A stretch of 36,445 nt of DNA, the filler included, from an uncultured virus (IMG/VR IMGVR_UViG_2049941000_000903) (lineage: Duplodnaviria; Heunggongvirae; Uroviricota; Caudoviricetes). It is 2 parts of one record of this genome, joined end to end, with 100 filler letters (N's around TTAATTAATTAA, not from the genome) between each part and the next. Parts side by side here need not be neighbours in the genome. Positions count along the whole stretch, not along the records: positions 1 to 20,206 come from IMGVR_UViG_2049941000_000903; positions 20,307 to 36,445 come from IMGVR_UViG_2049941000_000903. One strand, given 5' to 3'. The position numbers and the translations under genes were made by a program. Positions 11,487 to 20,900 of the stretch are shown piece after piece. Position 1 is the first letter of the stretch. Every line of letters starts with the position of its first letter. The notes beneath the pieces are model-generated. The model was not told the DNA's origin and did no database searches. It worked only from the letters and a program-made list of their open reading frames with translations.

Positions 11487-13990
11487 CTACTCGAAATATT
11501 TAATAACTATGTCGTGAAGCTGCATCATAAACTTGTCGTCATCCATGTGCTTGCGGAATTCTATATTCGTCCAGGGATTACGCATCCTGTCAAGACCGTT
11601 CCTGTTCGTATCATTCTTCACGGCACGGGGAATTGTAAGTCTCCATATCCTGAACTTCTTCCTCACGGGGTCAGTGAATGCATCGTCTCTACGAAGCGGG
11701 ACATCACCAGTTGTCTGGTACTCGTTCCATAACTTGTATGTGGTAAATGTCTCATCCTCCTTGTAGGCATCGTTAATGAAGCCATACCTGTCAGCGGTAA
11801 TAAGTTCATCCTCCTTGTTGAGCAATGAACCATCTGCTCCGAGAGTCCTGTAGAAGTCGGCACGGTACTCTACATTCGTCCATATCTTATCTCCGTATGG
11901 ATCTGGCGTAACCCTATAAGTCGTCCAGAAGTCGAAACTGTCACCGAAGAAATTGCAGTACGTTCCCTCATTCTGAAGCCAGAGATTATTGTCACGGAAA
12001 GACACGAGCCTATCCTCAACATTGGTAATCATCGGGACCTTCTTGTAATCGAAGAAACTGGTGAAGGTTCCAAGGTTCTCATTGAACACAAGGCACGGCT
12101 CGTCGTCAGCAGAGTTCTTTACCAGATACACGTCAGAGTTAATCCTGTCGTAGAAAGAAACTATACTGTTCGACTCAGTGTTCTTGAATTCCTGCGGCGT
12201 CCATACTTTCAACGTGTTCGCCCTGTTGAACCACACGTCGAAACCAAGGCGGGATGACAGACTTTCCACATTACCATTAAAGGCACAGAATGCCTTGTTG
12301 ATATTGTCAACGAAGTAAAGCGCAGACTTACCCTCAACGATAGACCATTTGTTTACGCATCCGAACTTGTTGCTGATGTATCTCTTGCCGTCAACCTTGC
12401 CGGAATTCGCAATCTCAACAGGGACACCATCTGTAGTCGTAAGTTGCGTGCGCGAGTTGAACAGGACTTCAGCTATGCCCCTGTCCTGGAAAGCGATGAT
12501 GCTGTTCTGGAATCTACGCAGGGCACGGCAACTACCCTTGTCGCCGTCAAGTTTCAAAGTATTGGCAAGGGTGATGTGACTCCACTCATCTATCTCTGCA
12601 GAGTCGTGTTTNNNNNNNNNNCGTGCGTGAGGATAAAGTACTCACGAAAAGGGGGCAGGCAGAATTGCTCAGGAGAAAGCAGTTGCTGCAGGAAATGTAC
12701 GAAAATAAGGTTTCCAATGCTGAGCAACTGGGAGAAAGGCTCGCATCCATAGTATATGGTCTGAACTTCCCACTGCTTACGTTTTCAAATACTGTTGAGT
12801 TTGCCAAGATATTCTCTGGCGGNNNNNNNNNNTCGCTGGGCAAAGTAGTTGTTCTGCTGCGAGTATACCGGATTTAGGCTACCATACTTTGACGTATCAA
12901 GAGATGCGAGATATCCCGTCTCCCTCTGNNNNNNNNNNAACACCATCGGTAGTCGTAAGTTGCGTGCGCGAGTTGAACAGGACTTCCGCTATTCCCCTGT
13001 CCTGGAAGGCGATGATGCTGTTCTGGAATCTACGCAGGGCACGGCAACTACCCTTGTCACCGTCAAGTTTCAAAGTGTTGGCAAGGGTGATGTGACTCCA
13101 CTCATCTATCTCTGCAGAGTCGTGTTTCTCCAAAGTCCACGTTATGTTTGCGCCATACACATCCTGATTGAAATCTTCGTCAAGATCNNNNNNNNNNNNN
13201 NNNNNATTATCTGTTCTCCCGTCAATATTGATATGGGTCTCAAGCATAACAGAGGTAATGTCAATCACTCCATTAGTCGCATCAGTCTTGTCCGCTGGCT
13301 TCGTCTTCAGACAATCCCATCTCTGGAAGTATGTATCACCCTGATTGGCATACATTACGTTCAGAGTGCTAAGTTGCGAAAGTGTATATAACGGACCGGC
13401 GGCTACGAACCTATTGTTCTCCACATTCCCGTATCTTGTATCGTTCTTGGAGAAGTCGTAGTATATTTCACCGATAAGAAGATACTTGTCTGTAGAATAT
13501 ACTCTATCAGAAAGCAAGCTTGGCATCAGCGTAAATCTCGTTTGATTTATACTGTAGGTAGAAGTTGCTTCTCCCTTTATCCAAGGGATTATCGGATTCT
13601 CTCTCAGCGTAACTGCATCTGAACCACCAGCGTTCAGGTAAGGAAGTATTGTCTGGCTATACTCATCTCCAGGCAACGTGAATACCGCATGCGGAGAAGA
13701 CAGATACTCAATCTGCACAGGGGCATCCAGATACAGGTAAGCCAAGTCACTAATATGTTCAGAACCTGTGTCTTGCAGTGACTTGCTGTAGAGTACCTTA
13801 TACTTATGGTTACCCGGAGGCATCAACGACTGCTTTATGTTAGCATCATAATAGCAAGTTTTGTCACCAACCTTCAGACCGACGTATTGACTTGATGTGT
13901 AGTTGTAACATCTTAATGAACCTGTGGGGATATCGTAAATCAGGTCTTCGCCCATATCGTAATTATATACCGTACAATACGAATACCTGA
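11487..13990 (-). CDS. Muzzle (tail stabilization) protein, C-terminal fragments
   Basis: Order 13207..13990, then 12833..12928 (QRETGYLASLDTSKYGSLNPVYSQQNNYFAQR), then 12939..13187, then 11487..12611. Ends KKFRIWRLTIPR...DRMRNPW...IKYFE, typical of crAss muzzle proteins. 13207..13990 overlaps the end of 27691..30426. Confidence 0.85.
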
Positions 13991-14001
13991 NNNNNNNNNN
14001 A

Positions 14002-14044
14002 GATTACAAGGCGTTTGCTTGGCTCTAAAGAAGATTTGTTATTT
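14002..14044 (-). repeat. 43-bp non-coding element, allele of 20901..20943
   Basis: Reverse complement matches 20901..20943 at 40/43 positions. Confidence 0.85.
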
Positions 14045-14067
14045 GTTTTAAGAGAGTTGCTTTACGC

Positions 14068-14655
14068 TTAGAAAGAAATGTTGAAACTCATCCCTGCCTT
14101 GACTACCGGGCCACGTTGCAGGAAATCATAGCCTACTCCTGCGGATACATCAAAGAGCCCCTTCCTGTATCCTACGTTGAACGTAACTGGCGCCATAGGA
14201 ACAGCGTCATACATAATCACCCCTTCAAGGGCAAAGTAATTGGTCTTTTGTGTAATCTTCTGCGGGACATATACTGTGTTGGTCACCGTCTTGTTATATG
14301 TCTCTATGTAGTCAAGGTTAGGCTCTACGCCGGATATCTTGGCAAAGTAATCCTCTGTCCTGTACTCCTTGGTGACACGCCCCATAAGGACGTAGTGTAC
14401 GCTGTCACGGTATATTATCTGCGGCTCAGGAATCTCAGGGTCTGTGTACACGGGAACGTATATCAATTTGTCAACGTACTCCGTGTCCACAACCGGGACC
14501 TCAACCTTGTTTGTGTCTATCTGTACCGTTGTGGTAGTGTCCATGTGGTCACGATACCACTTGTCCGTAATCTTCATGCCTCGGTTCTGCCCAAGAAAGA
14601 AAGAGCCGAGTATCGCGGCAATGACCGCCGCTATAAGTATCAGTTTCCACTTCAT
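14068..14655 (-). CDS. Spanin-like lysis protein (N-terminal TM helix, C-terminal beta-strands ending in Phe), allele 1
   Basis: ATGA overlap with the endolysin stop. N-terminal hydrophobic helix and alternating-pattern C-terminus. Confidence 0.65.
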   Translation of the reverse strand: MKWKLILIAAVIAAILGSFFLGQNRGMKITDKWYRDHMDTTTTVQIDTNKVEVPVVDTEYVDKLIYVPVYTDPEIPEPQIIYRDSVHYVLMGRVTKEYRTEDYFAKISGVEPNLDYIETYNKTVTNTVYVPQKITQKTNYFALEGVIMYDAVPMAPVTFNVGYRKGLFDVSAGVGYDFLQRGPVVKAGMSFNISF

Positions 14656-15110
14656 GCCGTGAACTCGTAGACTTTGTCGTTTATGCCGTAGGATTGTAGG
14701 AAATCAATGTGAACCCACGATGTTCCTTTCTCAAGCCGTATCTGTGTCGGGAACAGGCTTGCTTTCTCCTTTATCTTCTTCCTCGCCTGTTCCGCAGTCA
14801 TACCCTCAACGGTGAAGTCCCAGGCATTACCGAAACCGTGTTGTGTGAGGTATACGGTAGCCTTGCCTTTCACAAGGGCGCAGAGATTGCAACGGAGCCC
14901 TCTCTGCGTTATTCCCTTCTTGTAGTTGTTGAGGTACATAGGACGGCACAGGATTGCCTCACGGAGAAGCAGGAGTCCATACAGGGCATCTGTAGTGAAG
15001 AACTGCCAGGCACGCTCGTTGAACCTCTTGTATACGTCAGGGCATACAAGTTCCGTTATCTGGAAGTACTTCTTCAGAGACTTAATTATTGCGTCCTTTT
15101 CCGGCGTCAT
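14652..15110 (-). CDS. Endolysin, peptidase M15 family
   Basis: Zn-binding motifs TQHGFGNAWD (HxxGxAxD) and WVHID, plus RGLRC. Lies between holin and spanin-like gene. Confidence 0.85.
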   Translation of the reverse strand: MTPEKDAIIKSLKKYFQITELVCPDVYKRFNERAWQFFTTDALYGLLLLREAILCRPMYLNNYKKGITQRGLRCNLCALVKGKATVYLTQHGFGNAWDFTVEGMTAEQARKKIKEKASLFPTQIRLEKGTSWVHIDFLQSYGINDKVYEFTA

Positions 15111-15622
15111 GATTTCTTTACGAAGCGGCCTTTGGCATCACGGGGACGAGGGATAGGCTCTGTGAACTCGTTGGCATCTACCCCATCGACATCCAGATCG
15201 TGCTTCTTTCCGAAAGCGTGTATGATGGAGTTGAGGATATTCCCCCAGCGGAGTTTGACTCCCTTGGACTCAAAGTAATTACCAACAACGCTTGCAACCT
15301 CGTTTATTACGACTGCACCAAGTACTACTACCTCTATCCATCTGTATCCAAAAGCGAGAGTAGCCGTAGCAGCAAACGTGATCCAAGCTAAGTACTCAAG
15401 TGATTTGCCGAAAGTTCTCCTGAACGCCTTGCTGAATCTTATCCTGTCACCTCGGTATTTAGCCGCCTTTATTCCGAATATGAGGTCCAGAACGATAAGA
15501 GGGATGGCGACAATCATGAAAGGAACCATACTTATAACTGCTTCCCTAAAGAACACGACAGCCGTTGTAGCAATGCCACTTGACATTATCGCGGTTACAG
15601 TTGAGTTATCTGTCGTAGTCAT
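15107..15622 (-). CDS. Holin (phage holin 4-like)
   Basis: Several TM segments. LDLIFGIKAA..G..I..S...RRTFGK pattern and ExxSxxxN motif. ATGA-coupled to the endolysin. Confidence 0.8.
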   Translation of the reverse strand: MTTTDNSTVTAIMSSGIATTAVVFFREAVISMVPFMIVAIPLIVLDLIFGIKAAKYRGDRIRFSKAFRRTFGKSLEYLAWITFAATATLAFGYRWIEVVVLGAVVINEVASVVGNYFESKGVKLRWGNILNSIIHAFGKKHDLDVDGVDANEFTEPIPRPRDAKGRFVKKS

Positions 15623-15623
15623 C

Positions 15624-15812
15624 TTACAATAATATTACTATAATTGCTCCAACAGCCAGACCAACAACATCACAAATGACGTCATGCCACGAAGGCACTC
15701 CGCCGTGATACTTGTCCCACAGTTCTTTCCCTATACCAAAGATAAAAGAAATAACAAGCGATAGCCATAGGGGTAAGAGAACCGATATGGCTATAACAAG
15801 TAAAGCACTTAC
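15624..15812 (-). CDS. VanZ/YfiM-like small membrane protein, C-terminal part
   Basis: Manual translation VSALLVIAISVLLPLWLSLVISFIFGIGKELWDKYHGGVPSWHDVICDVVGLAVGAIIVILL*. Overlaps the N-terminal fragments at 19203..19297 and 20109..20206 (DGLLH...KE..D...D..D..G pattern). Confidence 0.7.
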   Translation of the reverse strand, partial: VSALLVIAISVLLPLWLSLVISFIFGIGKELWDKYHGGVPSWHDVICDVVGLAVGAIIVILL

Positions 15813-15843
15813 NNNNNNNNNNCTTTCTTCATATCATTGTCAA

Positions 15844-16431
15844 TTAAAAGTTAAACATAATCCTGATGTCCGACTTTACTACCGGATCGCGCTGAATGAA
15901 ATCATATCCTATACCGGCGGAAACATCCAGCAAACCTTTTCTGTATCCTACATTAAATGTAACTGGAGCCATAGGGATAATATCATACATCAATGTTCCT
16001 TCAAGGGCAAAGTAATTGGTCTTTGAAGTAATCTTCTGCGGAACATATACCGTGTTGGTCACCGTCTTGTTATATGTCTCTATGTAGTCAAGGTTAGGCT
16101 CCACGCCTGATATCTTGGCAAAGTAATCCTCTGTCCTGTACTCCTTGATGACACGCTCCATAAGGACGTAATGCACGCTGTCACGGTATATTATCTGCGG
16201 CTCAGGAATCTCGGGGTCTGTATACACGGGAATGTACACTGGCCTGTCAACGTACTCCGTGTCCGCAACCGGGACCTCAACCTTGTTGGTATCTATCTGT
16301 ACCGTTGTGGTAGTGTCCATGTGGTCACGATACCACTTATCCGTAATCTTCACACCACGGTTCTGTCCAAGGAAGAAAGAGCCGAGTATTGCAGCAATGA
16401 CTGCCGCTATAAGTATCAGTTTCCACTTCAT
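15844..16431 (-). CDS. Spanin-like lysis protein, allele 2
   Basis: Highly similar to 14068..14655, same length, different last residues (KSDIRIMFNF). Preceded by the endolysin 3' end. Confidence 0.65.
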   Translation of the reverse strand: MKWKLILIAAVIAAILGSFFLGQNRGVKITDKWYRDHMDTTTTVQIDTNKVEVPVADTEYVDRPVYIPVYTDPEIPEPQIIYRDSVHYVLMERVIKEYRTEDYFAKISGVEPNLDYIETYNKTVTNTVYVPQKITSKTNYFALEGTLMYDIIPMAPVTFNVGYRKGLLDVSAGIGYDFIQRDPVVKSDIRIMFNF

Positions 16432-17440
16432 GCCGTGAACTCGTAGACTTTANNNNNNNNNNNNNNNNNNNNNNNNNNNNNNNNNNNNNNNNNNNNNNNN
16501 NNNNNNNNNNNNNNNNNNNNNNNNNNNNNNNNNNNNNNNNNNNNNNNNNNNNNNNNNNNNNNNNNNNNNNNNNNNNNNNNNNNNNNNNNNNNNNNNNNNN
16601 NNNNNNNNNNNNNNNNNNNNNNNNNNNNNNNNNNNNNNNNNNNNNNNNNNNNNNNNNNNNNNNNNNNNNNNNNNNNNNNNNNNNNNNNNNNNNNNNNNNN
16701 NNNNNNNNNNNNNNNNNNNNNNNNNNNNNNNNNNNNNNNNNNNNNNNNNNNNNNNNNNNNNNNNNNNNNNNNNNNNNNNNNNNNNNNNNNNNNNNNNNNN
16801 NNNNNNNNNNNNNNNNNNNNNNNNNNNNNNNNNNNNNNNNNNNNNNNNNNNNNNNNNNNNNNNNNNNNNNNNNNNNNNNNNNNNNNNNNNNNNNNNNNNN
16901 NNNNNNNNNNNNNNNNNNNNNNNNNNNNNNNNNNNNNNNNNNNNNNNNNNNNNNNNNNNNNNNNNNNNNNNNNNNNNNNNNNNNNNNNNNNNNNNNNNNN
17001 NNNNNNNNNNNNNNNNNNNNNNNNNNNNNNNNNNNNNNNNNNNNNNNNNNNNNNNNNNNNNNNNNNNNNNNNNNNNNNNNNNNNNNNNNNNNNNNNNNNN
17101 NNNNNNNNNNNNNNNNNNNNNNNNNNNNNNNNNNNNNNNNNNNNNNNNNNNNNNNNNNNNNNNNNNNNNNNNNNNNNNNNNNNNNNNNNNNNNNNNNNNN
17201 NNNNNNNNNNNNNNNNNNNNNNNNNNNNNNNNNNNNNNNNNNNNNNNNNNNNNNNNNNNNNNNNNNNNNNNNNNNNNNNNNNNNNNNNNNNNNNNNNNNN
17301 NNNNNNNNNNNNNNNNNNNNNNNNNNNNNNNNNNNNNNNNNNNNNNNNNNNNNNNNNNNNNNNNNNNNNNNNNNNNNNNNNNNNNNNNNNNNNNNNNNNN
17401 NNNNNNNNNNNNNNNNNNNNNNNNNNNNNNNNNNNNNNNN

Positions 17441-17756
17441 AACCAACACCCTGTCTACTGCTATTACCAGTGGCAACCAGAGGATAGTCGATGCAATCGC
17501 TGACCTTAAGACCACTACTATTGCAGAGTTCTGCGCAGCACGCGAGCGTGATATGCAGGACAAGATCAACACTCAGGGCGACATCATTACACAGCTTCGT
17601 GGTCAGCTTGACAATGACAGGCAGACTGCTCAGTTCCAGGCAATGCTTGCTCCGCTTATGGCTCAGGTCAACAATCTTGCAGCGAAGGCACCGAATACTG
17701 TACCAGTCGTATGGCCTCAGCTTACTGTCACACAGACTACGCCAACTAACGGATAG
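17441..17756 (+). CDS. Coiled-coil hypothetical protein, C-terminal part (5' end in gap)
   Basis: Open frame from the gap: TNTLSTAITSGNQRIVDAIADLKTTTIAEFCAARERDMQDKIN...TPTNG*. Strongly biased codons. Confidence 0.75.
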
Positions 17757-17767
17757 GAGGATGCGCT

Positions 17768-17953
17768 ATGAGACTTGTTAAGATTATGGAACGTGGAGGC
17801 GATGAACTCTACGAGTACAAGAAAGCCCTCAAGAAAGCCAAGGAGGCGATAGAGATGCTGTGCGATCTGTCTGACGATATGGAGGACAAGTACAGCCGTC
17901 GCAGTTATCGCCGTGACGAGCATGACTGGGATGATGATGACCGTCGTCGTTAG
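17768..17953 (+). CDS. Small charged hypothetical protein, 61 aa
   Basis: Tightly packed after the upstream gene, AGGAGG upstream, R/D-rich tail. Confidence 0.7.
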   Translation: MRLVKIMERGGDELYEYKKALKKAKEAIEMLCDLSDDMEDKYSRRSYRRDEHDWDDDDRRR

Positions 17954-17961
17954 TTTAACCT

Positions 17962-17990
17962 GGGGGAGCCAATAACTCCCCCTTAATTTG
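17962..17990 (+). terminator. Intergenic hairpin (weak terminator or processing/stability element)
   Basis: GGGGGAG-ccaataa-CTCCCCC followed by TTAATTTG. Confidence 0.55.
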
Positions 17991-17996
17991 ATTTGT

Positions 17997-18497
17997 ATGG
18001 AACGTTTGGATTACTACGATATAATACCAGAAGGAATGGAGAGATACCTGTCTTACTACGGGCATCATTTCTCCAAGAAGATGTGCGAGTGGGCTGTGCG
18101 GAACATGGTGGATAGAAACGGCAAGCAACTGGTGATGGCTGACAAGGAAGCCGTTGATGATATGTTGAAGAAGCACGGTATCAAACTGGAGAACGACAAA
18201 GGATACGATGCCGTGTTCGTATATCACATGGGCAAGTCAGACTATCTCGGCAGTTCCATTGCCGGTGATGCTGCACTCTGCCAGTATGTAAAAGACGTNN
18301 NNNNNNNNTCTGTATTCGTATATCACATGGGCAAATCAGACTATCTAGGCAGTTCCATTGCCGGTGATGCTGCACTCTGCCAGTATGTAAAAGACGTGCT
18401 TGACGATAGGGATGGTTATGACGGGATTGCTTTCTCGAGGTTCATCGCTGACTGCAACGGTAAAGGTGTTCCCGTTATATGGGACAATATGCTATGA
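17997..18497 (+). CDS. Conserved Bacteroidales-phage hypothetical protein, about 133 aa after removing the duplicated overlap
   Basis: MERLDYYD...YLSYYGHHFSKKMCEWAV. A second allele of the start lies at 18875..19043. The internal repeat spans an N gap. Confidence 0.8.
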   Translation: MERLDYYDIIPEGMERYLSYYGHHFSKKMCEWAVRNMVDRNGKQLVMADKEAVDDMLKKHGIKLENDKGYDAVFVYHMGKSDYLGSSIAGDAALCQYVKDXXXXSVFVYHMGKSDYLGSSIAGDAALCQYVKDVLDDRDGYDGIAFSRFIADCNGKGVPVIWDNML

Positions 18498-18864
18498 TAG
18501 AGCGGGAGTTATACATAGGCAGGTGGCACGTTGATTTCCTGTTTGCAGACGATGGATACGATGATGAGTTGGTCCTTACCCGTCTGTATGACATTGACGC
18601 GCCGGTATATATAATGCGTGAGGTCAACGAGAATATGGAAAGCGGTGATATGAACACCGGCTTCACGTTTACCAATTCGGATTTGAAGGAAGCGCTTGTG
18701 GTTGTTGGCCCGTCATCGTCTGGTTCGGAGTTCCAGAGCACGTTTGCGCACGAAGCGTATCATCTCGCCGCAGCGATAGCCAGTTCTCTTGGCATTGAGT
18801 TGGACAGTGAGACCCCTGCGTACATAACAGGCGACCTTACACTGGAACTCATAGATGTTATATG
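18494..18864 (+). CDS. Zincin-like metallopeptidase (3' end in gap)
   Basis: HEAYH motif followed by ETPAY. ATGA overlap with the upstream gene. Confidence 0.7.
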
Positions 18865-19053
18865 NNNNNNNNNNAATTTGATTTGTATGGAACGTTTGGA
18901 TTACTATGATATAATACCTGAAGGAATGGAGAGATATCTGTCCTATTACGGGCATCATTTCTCCAAGAAGATGTGCGAATGGGCTGTACGGAATATGATA
19001 GACAGGAACGGCAAGCAACTGGTGATGGCTGACAAGGAAGCTGNNNNNNNNNN

Positions 19054-19199
19054 AGGGAGAAGTGGTGTTTGGTGGTGATATATCTTATTGTGACCTTAAT
19101 GATAAAATTTATACGCCTACCTATTATATAAGAAAGAATTATGCAGAGGAAGATGAAGATCCTACTTATACCTTTGCTATTATAGAGGACGCACAATAG
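19054..19199 (+). CDS. C-terminal fragment of an acidic protein, probably the end of the 19699 gene
   Basis: GEVVFGGDISYCDLNDKIY...IEDAQ*. AT-rich and directly upstream of the VanZ-like start at 19203. Confidence 0.5.
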
Positions 19200-19202
19200 C
19201 AA

Positions 19203-19297
19203 ATGTTATTACGGTGGATTAGGCAAGACGGCTTGCTTCACATACTCGTAAGTGCTTTACTTGTTATAGCCATATCGGTTCTCTTACCCCTATGGCT
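19203..19297 (+). CDS. VanZ/YfiM-like membrane protein, N-terminus, allele A
   Basis: MLLRWIRQDGLLHILVSALLV. Overlaps 15624..15812. Confidence 0.7.
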
Positions 19298-19320
19298 NNN
19301 NNNNNNNCGAACTTGGCTGT

Positions 19321-19412
19321 ACTTATTGCAATAAGTTTTAAGTGATTTCCTTTAGACCATGATAGCGAATTTGTTTCTCTTGTATTGTGTAGCAGTAATT
19401 TGTCTACTTTTA
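19321..19412 (+). promoter_or_regulatory. Candidate promoter with upstream 16-bp palindrome
   Basis: ACTTATTGCAATAAGT at 19321..19336 is a perfect palindrome. TACTTTTA at 19405..19412 is one mismatch from the Bacteroidota -7 consensus TAnnTTTG. Confidence 0.4.
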
Positions 19413-19456
19413 CGCACGGTAGGAAGACTACTCAAAACATTAAAACAGATTTTATC

Positions 19457-19696
19457 ATGGAGAAGAAAAAATTCATCATCAAGTTCGCTGTATGGACAGC
19501 GGTGATCGTAGCCGTAGTGCTTCTTGTGCTTGGCCTTGGCTGGGGAAGAGTTATTGAAGAGACCAAGTTTGGCGAAGTTACCAAATGGATTGTGACCGGC
19601 ATCGGTGTCATTACTATCGTTGAGGGACTTATCCTCAGTACCATTGCCCCACTAACTTGGCACTTCAAGAACAAGAAAGGTAATAAACAAGAATAG
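19457..19696 (+). CDS. Small two-TM membrane protein, 79 aa
   Basis: ATG at 19457 after an A/T-rich leader, two hydrophobic helices, Lys-rich tail. A diverged allele is at 19981..20131. Confidence 0.75.
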   Translation: MEKKKFIIKFAVWTAVIVAVVLLVLGLGWGRVIEETKFGEVTKWIVTGIGVITIVEGLILSTIAPLTWHFKNKKGNKQE

Positions 19697-19698
19697 CT

Positions 19699-19970
19699 AT
19701 GATTAAAGAAAGAATTGCTGTGCAGCCAGGTGCTCCTTTGGAGACCGACATGTGGCTTGATACGAGTGGGAAAAATCCCATACTCAAGGTTTTTCTTAAT
19801 GGGAAATGGGTCGCTGTTGCTGGCAGCAGTGAAAGTGACGATGTGTCACCGGATAGTGGCGACGATACTCCGAGTGGCGACGATACTCCGAGCGGAGGAA
19901 TATCTGTAGAAGATTTGACTTTAGTATGCGCTAACCCCGAGTTCACAGATGTGTATATTCCAAATGCTAG
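19699..19970 (+). CDS. Putative head-fibre/decoration protein, N-terminal part
   Basis: AP..DMWLDTS..P.LKVF.NGKW motif resembling fibre anchoring domains, followed by an acidic linker. Confidence 0.5.
19855..19890 (+). repeat. 18-bp tandem repeat x2 (SGDDTP linker)
   Basis: AGTGGCGACGATACTCCG occurs twice, exact. Confidence 0.9.
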
Positions 19971-20108
19971 NNNNNNNNNNGGAGACGTTGTTTGGTGAAG
20001 TCACCAAGTGGATTGTAACCGGTATCGGTGTTATCGCCATCATTGAGGGCTTCGTTTTCAGTACCATCGCTCCTCTGGTTTGGCATCAAAAGCAGAAGAA
20101 GAACAAAA

Positions 20109-20206
20109 ATGAAACTGGCAAAGTGGATTAGGCAAGACGGCTTGCTTCACATACTTGTAAGTGCTTTACTTGTTATAGCCATATCGGTTCTCTTACCCCT
20201 ATGGCT
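20109..20206 (+). CDS. VanZ/YfiM-like membrane protein, N-terminus, allele B
   Basis: MKLAKWIRQDGLLH. Overlaps the end of the two-TM gene allele. Confidence 0.7.
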
Positions 20207-20306
20207 NNNNNNNNNNNNNNNNNNNNNNNNNNNNNNNNNNNNNNNNNNNNTTAATTAATTAANNNNNNNNNNNNNNNNNNNNNNNNNNNNNNNNNNNNNN
20301 NNNNNN

Positions 20307-20815
20307 ATACCTCGCAGAACCCTGCGGTGATGAAGTATTGGGATGGAGACGAATGGAAGCCGATTGCCGGAGGCGAAGGCGGCGAAAGCGTACCAGAAAG
20401 CGTGCTTACGTATTTAGAGCAGAGCCTTACGAATGAGCAGAAAGCACAGGCGAGGTCAAATATTGGTGCAGCAGAAGCGGGAGCGGGTTGTGACTGCACT
20501 TGGATTTCCCTTCTCCCTCATCTGACTGCCGATATACCAGAGGACTTGTCAACTATTGACCCAGAGAATGGCGGCGAACCGATTGTATTGTACGAGTTTA
20601 CGTCAGAGGAAGATTATGAAACAAACGACCCATACGCATATATTAACGAATATGTCTATCCCGTAATATTTGTGAACGATTATCTTCTCGGGTATAATAG
20701 TGATGATGACTGGTATGAGTGTAAGGTCTCAAATGGGAGCCTGCTTGTGTATGGGGACGGTCCTAAGATACTCCTTGAATCGCAAGGAACCGGTGGTGGT
20801 GGTCAATTTATTTAA
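20307..20815 (+). CDS. Putative head-fibre/decoration protein (5' end in gap)
   Basis: TSQNPAVMKYWDGDEWKPIAG parallels the 19699 N-terminal motif. Contains the fibre motif QSLTNEQKAQARSNIGA and an acidic C-terminal domain. Confidence 0.55.
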
Positions 20816-20900
20816 TTCAATGATATATGGCATGTGACGTTCACCCAGGAACTGAATGGCCATAGGAGGAATTCGTGTTTATTAGTAATTCCCTTTAGAA

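Noticed and set aside
18210..18400. Tandem duplications inside genes (also 25182..25410 and 2890..3145)
   Set aside because: They straddle N gaps and are overlapping contig ends from two haplotypes.
20251..20262. TTAATTAATTAA palindrome
   Set aside because: Isolated between N runs with stops in all six frames, so it is an artificial contig linker.
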